From Lama guanicoe (taxonomy: Eukaryota), in contig MU054212.1 of assembly GCA_013239625.1 (NCBI GenBank), positions 2,790,001 through 2,854,000 on the forward strand: a stretch of 64,000 nt of DNA, given 5' to 3'. Position numbers and translations under genes: made by a program. The notes below the pieces were generated by a model. The model was given only the letters and a program-made list of their open reading frames with translations. It was not told where the DNA came from and did no database searches. Shown piece after piece: positions 25,501-41,231 of this stretch (positions are counted from its first letter, which is position 1; every line of letters begins with the position of its first letter).

Positions 25501-27229
25501 TTCTTATCTGTAAATTGGGATAATAATCCCAACTTCATAGAGCTTCTATGAGAATTGAAGGAAAGGACAACTGTAAAACCCTGAGCTCAGGGCCTGGCAC
25601 AGAGTAAGCGGGGAGTGAAGCAGGGAATGGTCATTGTCACCATTGTCAGTTATATACCAGGGTGTAAATTCTTCATAATCAAGTGATATTATGACCGAAA
25701 GTTTGCCTTAAATTATCTTACTTCATAAAAGGCATGCTCTGACACCACAGCTTGGTTCTGGTGCCATCGCATATGATTCCACCCAAATGGAGTTCTCCTA
25801 GACTGTTTTATTATTTTGTAAATTTCAAAGCTACAAACTCTGCAGATGTCGTTTGGTCTGTGCATTTGAAAAGAAATGAGTTCATTCTAACATTCACGTC
25901 TAGAAAATTCACGCACAAATCTAGATTGCCGGGTATGAGAAGTTGGAGGTTACAGGCTTCTGGTTTTCCTGCTGGAGAACCTGCCGGGGTGGAGGAGGGG
26001 CTGCCCCCTTGAACAGGGCGCACATGCCCCTGCTTGTCTGCCTCCTAATTTCTGTGACTCACCTGGCCCTTGTAGACATCTCAGTGTGTCACCCTGACAT
26101 CCAAGGTGATGTCTTATTTTCTTATACATCTTTGGATTCTCGGCTCTTAGCCTGGTTCGTAGTCATAAATGCATGAACTGGAAGAAGCAGTCACTTCACT
26201 GCCCCTCACACCAACACCGTTCCAACCAGTCGTCTGCAGACTTTGTAGGTGAACGTTCAGAGCCTACCTCCTGTGACTCTCCAAAAGCAGCTGCATCGAG
26301 TCCAACTCCCACCTGACACTCCAGATCAACCCCCGCTCCAGTCCAGTTCCACTGTCCTTTCCTGCCATGTCCCACTTCTCAGTTAACCGACTGCGTCCCA
26401 CACCATTCTTTGAACTTGCCTTCTGTGTCCCCAGCTTGGAGCCTCTGCCCTCCCTCTGTACGCCTTCCTTCTGAAAGTCTGCCCCTCTGCCAGGTGCCAC
26501 CTCCCCTCTGATGCTTTTCTAATTTCCCCAACTAGATGTGATCCCTTATCATCTGGCATTTCTCTTATCTTCTGTTTGTAAATATGACACACATCCATAG
26601 TGCCCTGTACCGTAGTGAGCTGTGTCCAGGCCCTAATTCTGCTGCTCAGTGTGCGGATACACCTACCCCTGGTACCCCATGGCAGAGACCATGTCACAGA
26701 CATCACATTATTACCAAAACCAAGTCCCTGACATATTGTAAGGGATGCTTAAATACAGGAATACAGTTCCAGTCTAAGGAGAAAATGCTACCAACTAATA
26801 ATCTACTTTCTTCCTCACCCTATTACAACATGAAACCTTACTTTTTCCCAATTATTTTGTTTTGGGTCCCCCTTAGAAGGCATAACCGAACATTCGCCTT
26901 TGTTACGTCACTTACTTGATGTCCTAACAGTTCCGTTAGCTGAGAAGCAGGGATAACGCAACCTCTAGTGTGGTCGTAAGGGTTCAGGGAGTTACGTGCT
27001 GGTAAAGGGCTTAGCCGAGAGCCTTGGGCAGAGCGAACATGAGGGCACGGCTAATATTATTACTACGTGGAAACTCACCTAATAGTTAGAAACCAGTTTA
27101 GAACTGGCTTTGCTTCATTCTATTTTTCTAAAAATACTTCTTAGTAAAGAACAGGTCAAAGATTATAGTTTGTGTGACTTAGACTAAAGAAATGTATTTT
27201 GCTCAAAAGAAGAAAAAAGGGGGTTGTTT

Positions 27230-27920
27230 CAAATACCAATGGTTCAGGCAACAGTAGCTTTTTCAAAAGTACACGTTTATAACCGCCAAGCTGACGACTG
27301 ATTCAGGAAAAGACGACCGATGAAGGGAAAAACCGTGAGGTGAAAGTGTGCTGAGGAGCAGGGATTTACAGTCTCCCAGTTCCGCCCCATACATTAGTGA
27401 TTAATTACAAAGGGAAGGGATAATTTTATACTGGGGAAACTTGGTGACTGTCACCTCAACCAATTGGTTAAGAATTACCATCACCAAAGAAAAACCATAA
27501 TGGACATGCGATAAGGTATGCAATAGCAAAAAATAAAAATAAAAGGAAAAACTAGAGATAAAATTATCACCATTATGAGCCAGTGATGTGATGTGATATA
27601 ATGGAGAAATAACATCACCTGCGTAGTATTCTTGCAAAAAAAAAATTAACCTGACTCTACCAATAAGGAACCCACCAGACAAATCCAGATTGTGCAACAA
27701 ACTCCCAAACACTTGACTCACACACTTCAAATAAACCAAGGTCATGGAGAAAGGGAGGGAGGGAGGGAGTGGGGAGGGAAGGAAGGAAGGAAGGAAGATG
27801 GGACAAGCTTTCTAAATCAGTCGAAAGAGACAATAATCAATGCAGAGCATGAGCCTTGATCTGATCCTCTGGGGGAAAACAAACACAGCTATAAAGGCCC
27901 TCACTGGGACAGCTGGTGAA
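27230..27920 (+). mobile_element. Old L1M (L1MC/ME-like) 3' region fragment containing a (GGAA)n microsatellite
   Basis: gattaattacaaagggaa…tcacctcaaccaa…aacatcacc…gtattcttgcaaaa…cagacaaatccagattg. GGGA/GGAA repeat at ~27753-27797. Confidence 0.55.
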
Positions 27921-28959
27921 GTATGAGCCACCCTACATACTGGGTAAGTAAAAGTAGGGAAAAAATAAGATGAACCCAATTATACTTCGACCAGCTCTTT
28001 CCTGAAGTACTTTGGTATCTGGGAATCTATTCGTTGTAAGATCTAAAAATGTGAACGTTACACGTGGTATGTTTGCTCTTTTGAAATGGATCAGAGGTTT
28101 CATAGAAAGAATGTACAGTTGGGTTGTAGTCATACAAATGGGCATAAACGCTTAGAAATGGATAAAGTGCACATAATTCTGTGGAGTGTTTGGTTGGGAC
28201 AGTACCAACTGCCCGGAGAGAGTGCTGGGTAAATGTCACCTGCTGACAAGAACCAGCAGAAAGTCCCCAAGTGGGACCCTTGCATCACTGCTTTTAGGAA
28301 ATTTTACCTACTGGGAATGGACTACTCGTGAAGTCACACAGCAGTTTCCTTCTCCTTTCAGTAGATGTGGGTGCCCAGGCAGCCCTGGCTGCCTCCGTGT
28401 GGAAGACAGCGGTGTATTAGTCTCAAAAAAGGGGAAACGAAACAGCCGTGTGAAAGCCAGGCTGGCCGTCACTAGTGTAATCCAGTGTTTGGGCCGCCTC
28501 TTCTTTTCAGGGGGTGATAGGAGCCATTAACAGCTTCCTTTTAGTTTCTGAGGCCACCGATATTTTCATTACTAGTGTCCTCAGGCACAGAGTTTTTAAT
28601 TTAAAAAAAGAAAGAAAGTTCAGGATGGAAATAGTCCTTCACCACAGGAACGTCTCTGCAGCAGAAACATGTTATAGTTTACCTGTCAATCTTATCATGA
28701 TGCCAGGTTTATTCTGAGTGTCTGGAAGGAGGAAGAGGAAGTAGGGAAGACAGGTGACGGTAGGGCTGTCAGACGCGCCTCTGGAATCACTGACACCTTG
28801 GAAAAGCTGAGGGCTCAATTCCAAAGTGGTTCTGAAGTCACAGGTTTCTTACCTCTCTGGCTAACAAGAAAGTGATCATTCTGGCTCCGAGAGATTTTCC
28901 CTACTTCTTCCAAAGCCATTAGTGTCCTACTTCTTGGAATTTTTTTTTTTTTTGGACAG

Positions 28960-29369
28960 GTGTGTAGATTCAGGTTGGCTACAAATTCTTTGTCACTCTC
29001 CCCAGCAGGAGCTGGACTTTATCCCCGCCCCTCCTTGCATCATGGCTGGCTCTGTATCTGCTGAACTAACAGATCACCACAGAAGTGCACTGAGCAGTTC
29101 CGGGCCCAGCCTTCCGGAGGACTGTGGCTTCCTTCCTCCCTCTTGGAACCCAGCTTCCGTACTGGGAGGAGCCCAAGGCACACGGAGAGGCCCAGAGCCG
29201 GTAGGGACTGGCAGCACCATGGGGGAGCCAGCTTGGACGTCCCAGCCCCATCACGTGCTGGTAAGGCCAGTCCACACAAGAGCATCACAGAATCATGACA
29301 CGGGATAAAATGTTTTTTTAAGTGGTTACGTTTGGGTGTGGTTTGCTCTGCAGCAAAGATAACTGAAAC
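28960..29369 (+). mobile_element. MaLR solo LTR (MLT1F/G-like)
   Basis: Starts tgtgtagatt…ggctacaaattctttg and ends gtggtttgctctgcagcaaagataactgaaac. Confidence 0.65.
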
Positions 29370-29619
29370 CTGTAAATGAAACGTTCACAAGGAGGAAGGT
29401 TTATCTTCTAAGCAATGCAGAACAACAAAGCACAGCGTTACACTTAACTGAGCGGGAACGGAACCGTTCAGAACAGGTGTCAACATCCTTCTCTAGTGGG
29501 TTTCGGCCTCAAGACTGGCCTCAGCTTTTAGGCCTCTTTTTGATGCTCGACACAGAACATTTTAAAATAGAAAAATTTCATTTTAATACAGCCTCACACC
29601 AACACGTGTGTTTCACACA

Positions 29620-30415
29620 GACCCTTATTTTTTAAACAGAGTTTATTGTATTTAATACATTATAAAATTTGAAAAATTGTAGGAAAGCAGCAGACTCAAA
29701 CTGGAGCAACTCTAACAAGTAATAATTCTGGCCCCTTTGCAAAACTGATCAGTTTAAAAACAAAGTAACGTTCACATCTGGGAGGCGGACAAAAAAGTGT
29801 GACTTCTGTACAAACTACATTTAAAATTTCAAGTCTAACGTCTTTCGAATGCAGTGTGCTCAGGAGAGTTTTTTGTTTGTTTGTTTTTGAAGTCCTGCCT
29901 GGTCCCTATCTAAAGAGAGACACAAAATATCCATATGCAAAAAGACACAATTCTAGGTGTTTTGTTTTATTTTGTTTTGTTTTAAAAAAAGACAAAGGAA
30001 AAAAGAAACATTGGATGGTTGTTGGCAATGGAAACTGTAAGGAGATTCGTCCTCACTGCTCATGGCTTGTTTATTGGTCAGAGGCCTTGGGGGCCCAGGA
30101 CACTTCACGGCCATCACAGCACCAACTGTAGCTACCACCTTTTTTCTTTTTTTTTCTTTTTTTTTCTTTTTTTTGCATTTCCTACCTTTTGACATATATA
30201 TATATTTATATATTTTTTACACCTTGAGGATATCACTATTCCCAATTGTTCCCATACAAATACAGGTGTGGTCTCTATTGGATATAAATGTGTCTTTTAT
30301 TCAATTTTAGGTCCAGGACTTGGTTTGCTGTCCCAACTGCATATAAATGTCCCTTTTTTGTCTGTGTTGTTTGTTGTGTATGTTTCTTTCTTTTCTGCAT
30401 AAGAAATACGTCCGT
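29620..30415 (-). other. KCTD1: KCTD1 3'UTR (end approximate)
   Basis: AT-rich, repeat-free sequence after the stop codon, ending shortly after an AATAAA with an upstream ATTAAA/TGTA and a downstream GT-rich tract. Confidence 0.8.
29642..29647 (-). terminator. Probable main KCTD1 polyadenylation signal AATAAA
   Basis: Plus-strand tttatt = AATAAA on minus. ATTAAA (29651-29656) and TGTA (29656-29659) lie just upstream, and a GT-rich element (GGTCTGTGTGAAACACACGTGTTGGTGTG) lies downstream. Confidence 0.75.
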
Positions 30416-34605
<4,190 letters not shown>

Positions 34606-35909
34606 TCACTTATGACACATTTGTACAGACCCAGTCTGCACCCACTCGCTTGTCATTCATTCGTTCGTTCAGTGATTATAATAGGAGCTGAGGGGATTAA
34701 AGGGCGGGGGGACCCTTTAGGTGCCTTCCATGAATTAAGACCTGTAATCTCATAACTGCCAGTGACTTGGGAACCGTTCTTATTCCCATTCTGCAGCTGA
34801 GAAAACTAGGATGTGAAAGGATTCACTGAAGACCTTTCTCTTTCTGTAGGAAAACGCCTTTGGGTATTTAAAGTCTGATAGTGTGGGTGAGGAGGATCCA
34901 CCTGACCTTCTGGATGGAACATGTCTGTGGGCTGAGGGGCGGGGGGCAAAGCTGAGCACCTGCAGGGGCAGCTCCTGAGCCTCTTGAAGGAGGCGGGGTG
35001 GGGGGCAGCACGGTGGTGGCAGCGGGGTGCAGAGCTGGTGGGTGGGCGCCCAGAGGGCCTGCCTCCTGCTTTTACCTAAACTGGCATGTGACGGAGAGAC
35101 ACCCTGCCCTCAGCCAGCTGCCTGCACCGCAGAATGAGAGCGGCGAACAACACTAGGCCTTGACTCCTGCTGGACGAGGGGCAGGAGGGGAAATGGGCCC
35201 CCTTCCGAAAGTGCAGCCGCCCTGTCTCTGGGCACGGTTTCTCTTCCTCTTGTCTTTAAAAAAAACATCTGCTGAATCAAAGGAGGAATCTAGCAAACAG
35301 GTATTAAAACACACAGAAGCCACCAAATAGGCGGACAGAAGAGGACGAGGGGGAGGCAGCCACTTAGAACAATGTTATCAGCAGGTCAATATTGTGTCTA
35401 AACGTAGCTATGGCCACAATCATCTCTGGCTGTGAGGTACGTGGATACTTGTCCAGACACGTTGACTGAGAACATTTTAATCAACTGACACAGGCATTTT
35501 GCCTTCCTTCCAGGGGCTGGAGCTGGCGGGCGCTGCCTGGTGCCTGGGCCTGCGGGAGAGCCGGGGCCTGCGTGCCGTGTGCCCGGGACGGAGCGCGGGG
35601 AGCGGGGACCCACAGGAGAGCTGCTTTTGTTTGGCACTTTGCTCTTTTTCTTGCAAGTCAACAGCAGCAGCAGCATCATTCAAGCCTTCTAGAGAAGGCA
35701 GTGTGGAGAGGCTGCAAAGCAGGATTGGGCCTCTAGCTGGATCACCTGCCTTCCACGCTGAGAAGCCTGGGCCAGGCTGAGACTCATCAGCAGAAAGGGC
35801 TGCCTGACTCTGTCCTCTCCTAGTGCCTCCATCGCCATGAGGTGGGAAGCTCCATTAAAAGACCAGCAGGACCCCCAGGCCAGGCCACTACTCTCTTGCC
35901 AGCACCACC

Positions 35910-36329
35910 TGGTTCCACGGCCCAGTGGCTTTATCTCACTTTTTGCCTCTGAACCGGCTTACTTCTAGGAAAGTGGAACTTACCCCTAAAATTCTATTGG
36001 TTCCCTGAGCTAACTCCTGATTGGTCCATTTGTAGTGCTCACTCCTGATTGGTTATTTCTCTCACTCCTGATGGGTCCATTTCTATAAAGCTTGTTCCTA
36101 ATTAGTCAACTTTTGTTATACCTTATTCATATATGATGTGGCAAAGTGTAAACTGGCAGCCTATAAAAGTCTGTGTAAACCTACAGATGGGGTCCAAAGC
36201 TTGGAGTATTAACTCCTCTGGGCCTGCTGACGTAATAAACCTGAGTTTTCCAACTCTCCGAGTGCTGCTTTGTCTCTTGCCCAGATCCAGGCTGCTGTCA
36301 CAACTGAGCTGTAACACTGAGCTGTCACA
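35910..36329 (+). mobile_element. ERV solo LTR, antisense to KCTD1
   Basis: U3 with repeated ATTGG (inverted CCAAT) units, TATAAAA at 36162-36168, AATAAA at 36234-36239, U5 ending …ctgtcaCA at 36329. The 5' boundary is approximate. Confidence 0.75.
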
Positions 36330-38574
36330 TGCTTTTCTGCAATAGCCACAGGAGCCTTGCTTCCCCGCAGGAGGGCAGCCCACTGCTCTGACCACCTTCC
36401 TTTCACCTGCTCAGCCTCTGGACTCACAGGAGACACAGTTTGGTCTGAAGAGTTGAGAACTAAGCAGAACTGAGGCTCCTCCCAGTCGCCACTACCCGGG
36501 CCCCCCGCGGTATTTGAAGCCCACCACCTGTGAGATTCCAACCTCAGTACCTTACTTACTTATCAAGGTGACAGCTCCAGGAGATTTAAAAACAGTACTG
36601 AGAGTTACACAAGCAAGAGAACTGCTGCTGCTATTTATTCTCCTGTGAGATTTAATCAGAAGTTTTTGCACAAAGAAGAACCTGGACTCTGGTGAAAATA
36701 TGCCATCAAGTCTTCAACCTTAAAGGTACTCCCAGCAGTCTTCCTGACCAATCCTGACCCTATGGAGGAATCCTTTCTAACATCACTGAGTAGTGACCAT
36801 TCAGCCTGTGATTGAATGCTTCCAGTGATGGGAAGCTTACTACTTAACAAGGCACAGTATTTACTTTGTTCACAGCTCTGATGGTTGTAAATGTCTTCAT
36901 TAGAATGACCTGAATTTCCCTGTAACTTCAATTTATTTGTTCTTAATTCAGCCCCTGGGATTAGAGTGATCTTAATCTTTCTTTGACATGTTAACCCTTC
37001 AAACATTTGAAGACAACTGTTAGGTCTTAATATTATTCAGTCTGAAAATACCCAACCCATGCAGAAAATGGTAACAACAGCAAGCGAGACTTTATGCGTC
37101 TGAGCCCCGATCTACCAGTCTGTCCACAATTACCCAAAAGTAACGAGACTTGGGTTACAAGTCCCCCTACGCCGACTCTGAATCCTCTCCACCCTCTTTC
37201 CCCTGCTGAGTCCACAAGCCTCACGTGTGATAACCCACTCAAGTCTGACCACGGACTGACAGCACCTCCCTTATACAACGCTGCTCACAGTCATCGTTAT
37301 CTGCTCTTCGCAAATTAAGGGAACACTGGCCCTTATCAGACTTGGCCCTGCTCAGTGTCATCTGAAGGATTCTGCTAGGGGTCATGAAAGTGAAGGATGA
37401 AAAGGGCTCCCCCGAAGGTCATCCTGCACTTGGGACGTCATCTCACGGGCCTGGCCTTGAACTACCTGCAGGTGTTCTTTTACTCTCTTGACTACCCTGG
37501 CTCCCAAGTCCCTCACCATGCTGTTCCAGCTGGTCTCCAGGGCAGTGTGCTGGGGGAGCGAATGCAGGAGGACGGCTGAGCAGCTCCCCACGCTCACTTG
37601 CCCCCCTGTGCTGCCGGCCCCCAGCCCGAGATTGAAAAGGTCTCACTTGCTTTGTTACCATTTTCTGCACGGTTAAGCTCACGCTGGCCGTTTGTCTTCT
37701 TGGTTGGCGCCTCTACATCCGTCTTTCTCCGCTTCCTAGGGCCCGATTCACTTCCCGACTCATCAGAGAACTCTCTGCAGACAGACTCAGTCCCCATGGC
37801 CGCTCTCTTTACAGACTTTGGCCTCCTTTCCTTCCTCAGTCAGGATCATTTAATTTTACTGCCTAAATTTCACATTTTTTTACGGTTTATCCCATTTCTT
37901 CTTAGATTTTTCTGGCCTTGTGCTCATCTCTTCTGGTCTGTCAGTCTTTTGAAGTCTTTTTTTCCTGAAGCCTCCATTCTTATCTGATGATGTCCACCTT
38001 CTTCTCTTTGGCTTTTACAAACTCTAGATGACTCAGACTCTTGTTCCCAAGGAACGAGGTGGAAATGGGCCAGAGTTTTTGGGGCTGCAGCAGGTTTGGC
38101 CCCAGTTCTTCTTCTGAAGGAAGTGAATCCATGCATCCATGTCTGCTTTCAGCAAAGCAGCTCCAGAACGTACCAGATACCGGCCCTCTGCTCTGCTCCC
38201 GTGCGATCTTACCTGCTCCAATTAAGAAAGCACCAACCGCATTCTTGCTTAGGTTCATATCCAGCTAAGGAGAATGAGCATGCCCACAGACCCTTATCGT
38301 GTCTAAATGATTTTGAAATCCTAGAATATTTTTATTTAAAAAAAAATTAAAGACTTTCAATAGGCAAATCTTTAGGCAGGAAGATCAAGATCTCACTTTA
38401 CAGATGTATACACTGAGCTTCCCTGAGACCTTGGAAATGGGGACACGGAACAAGACGGTAAATGTGGGTGGACTCCAAAAGGCAGATGGGCCATGTTTCA
38501 AAAGCTTATTTCTCGATTAAATATCTGGAACTCAGAAGACATCTTCCCTACAGGGAGGAAAGTGATATACATAG

Positions 38575-39034
38575 TGTATTAGTTTCCCACTGCTGTTGGC
38601 AGAAATTTGGTGGTTTAAAACAGCACACATATATTCTCCTACAGTTCTGGAGGTCAGAAGTCTGAAATGGGTCTCGCGGGGCTAAAGTCAGGGTGCTGGC
38701 AGGGCCACTGTCCTTCCGGGGGCTCCAGGGGAGAATCAGTTTCCTTGTCTTTTCCAGCTTCCAGAGGCTGCCACACTCCTTGGCTTGTGGCCGGCAGTCA
38801 CACCACCCCTTCCATCACATCTTCTCTGACCCTGACCCTCCTGCCTTCCTCTCTCACATCTAAGGACTCCTGTGGTCCCATGGGGCCCCCCTGGATAATC
38901 CAGGATAGTCTCCCCATCTCATGACCCTTAAACTTAGTCACATCTGCAAGGTCCCTTTTGACACAGAAAGTGACATATTCACAGGTTCTGGGGATTAGGA
39001 TGTGGCAACTTTGGGGGGTCATTAGCCTACCACA
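38575..39034 (-). mobile_element. MaLR solo LTR (MLT1C-like)
   Basis: tgtattagtttcc…acagttctggaggtcagaagtctgaaatgggtctc…ggataatccaggata…cacatctgcaa…cacaggttctggggattaggatgtgg…gcctaccaca. About 460 bp with TG…CA ends. Confidence 0.85.
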
Positions 39035-39629
39035 CGTGGCTTCTAGTCCACAAAACAGTTCAAAGGCTTATTTAACTCCTACTGTACATGAAGTTTTACA
39101 TGGTGGCACGCAGGTTCTTCCCCTCAAGGGGCAACTCAGCCACTCACATGTTCGACATCTGGTTACATGCAGCTGCCAGGGCACCCACCCCACGCACCGC
39201 GGCACAGCCCACCTCGTGCACCCTGGCCACAAACAGGCTTTTCCTAGGGGACCACATCCAACCCCTCCCCGGGGCTCCAGGAGCTCTCCTGCCCACGCTC
39301 GGGGCAGTGGGGTCCGTGCTTGGGTCCCAAGAAGGCAGGGTATGCATGTACCTGCAAACAAGAGGCACCAAGAAGATAAGGGGGCACGGAAGGGTTTTAC
39401 AGTCTACATTTCGACAACAGCACTCATGGAGTAATAATTAGAAACAAAACCAGATCCCTGCAAAACTTTCCTAAAAAATTGGTTTGGTTTTTTTTTTTGA
39501 GGGGGAAGTGGCCTATCACAGGCTTTTTCAGAGTTTGAGATTTGGGGGCCTCTAAGGTCCGTATTTCCCTGGCTCTGCAATACTTCCCCGAGCTAGTGTT
39601 CTTTCCTCCCTCCTCCCTCCCTCCTTTCT

Positions 39630-39985
39630 TTTTTAAAGGATTTTAGTTTTTAGAGCAGTTTTATTCACAGCAAAATTGAGCAGAAGGACAGAGATTCCCC
39701 ACATGCACAGCCTCCCCAATGATCAACACCCCCATCAAAGCAACAGCCCCCAGAGCAACACCCTCACCAGAGCAACACCCTCACCAGAGCAACACCCTCA
39801 CCAGAGCAACACCCCACCAGAGCGCTCCGTTTGTTACAACCTGTGAACCTATGCTGACACATCATAGCCACTCAAAGTCCACACATGAGGGTTTACTCCG
39901 GGTGTTGTACATTCTACGAGTTTGGACAAATGTTTAATGACGGGTAGCCACCATTACAGTATCAGAGAGTAGTTTCCCTGCCTTA
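39630..39985 (-). mobile_element. L1MC-like 3' end fragment
   Basis: tttttagagcagttt…ttcacagcaaaattgagcagaagg…tttgttacaac…acacatcat…gtttggacaaatg. Confidence 0.75.
39724..39823. repeat. 17-bp minisatellite (caacaccctcaccagag), ~6 units
   Basis: Three perfect units plus degenerate flanking units read directly from the sequence. Confidence 0.9.
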
Positions 39986-41029
39986 AGTCTCATCCTGAAA
40001 GCCTGTTCTGGCCTCCCCGCCCCCAAACCCCTCTCTTTTCCTCAAAGCCCAGACGGACTGGCCCACTTGCTCCCTCTCCCCTGCAACCAGTTGATACTTG
40101 TGGCCAGGAGGCTTCCTCCCTGTTCACTGCCATCGACTTTCAGCCTCTCCCGACCACTCGTGTTTTCCTCGGGCAGGATGCCCAGCCTGAGATTTAACCT
40201 GATGGCCGTTAAGGGAAACGTGAGTGGTGGCAAAGTCCCTCCTCTGCCCGGCCACCGTCTCCATGCCCCACTCTCTGACTCTGCTAGAGAAAGGCTGAAG
40301 GCCACACCGGCAGTAATGACGGGCTGCCTAGGGCAGAGCAGAAGGCAGATCCATCTGCATTCTGAAGCCACACCCTGGCTTGGCAAGTCACCTGGACACA
40401 ACGCTGTAGGAGTTGAGTCTAAGTGTAGGGCGTGGCGAGAGCAGGGGGTAGAGATGCTCTCTGAGATGGTGCCGGGGCTGGCTGACGCCCGCCTCCCAGT
40501 CCTCCTTGGTCACTGCAGCTAGTCCTGCCTCAGCGGGAGCGTCCCTGAGAGAAAAGGAGTGGGCCTCGGCAGGAGTACTGTGAGTAGCAGTCTCCGTACC
40601 AGGGATGCAAATTCTAGGAGGCAGCAGCTGAGACCATGGGCTGGGGTAGATGTCCTGAGTGGACCCTCTCTTAGGTACTAGAAAAGAAGAAACATCTTGA
40701 GGGTCTACCCAGCTCCCCACTCCGCCTTCTCTGAGAAAAGTTCAACCCTCAGGAAAGGATACCTAGAAGCCATTCTGTGTTGCCCCAGCTGATTGGCTAC
40801 AGCATAAGCATCCGAGCCAACGTAAGCCAATCAGGTGGTCTCTCTGCAGAACCCAGGAAGGGGAGAGAGACCCTGGGCATTGCTGGGGCAGAGCCACGTT
40901 AGGGGCAGCATTCTAGAAGCCTGCAAACTCCCACGACCGACTCCCTCAGAGCTGCCCTCCTGTTTCCACTCCTGAGAGAATGTCCCCACTAATCCTACGA
41001 GATAAACTAGAATCCTTCCCATGAATACT

Positions 41030-41231
41030 TCCTCTTTTCCTTAAGCTAGGACATTCTGCAGTGTCTGGAGGCACCCTCGGTTCTAAAACTGAGAGGGGTT
41101 GGGTGCTACTGGCGTCTGGTGGGTGGAGGCCAGGGATGCTAAACAGCATCTGTGATGCACAGGACAGCTCCCCCCGACACAAGAAGAATCACTTGGCTCC
41201 AAACATTAATAATGTGAGGTGAGAAACTCTG
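41030..41231. mobile_element. MER20 (hAT-Charlie) relic
   Basis: ggacatt…tgtctggag…gggtgctactggcgtctggtgggtggaggccagggatgct…tgcacaggacagc…gagaaactctg. Confidence 0.8.

Noticed and set aside
29455..29470. Small hairpin gaacgg-aa-ccgttc downstream of the poly(A) site
   Set aside because: A 6-bp stem with a 2-nt loop is expected by chance.
39724..39823. CRISPR-like array
   Set aside because: Head-to-tail tandem repeat with no unique spacers, in eukaryotic DNA.
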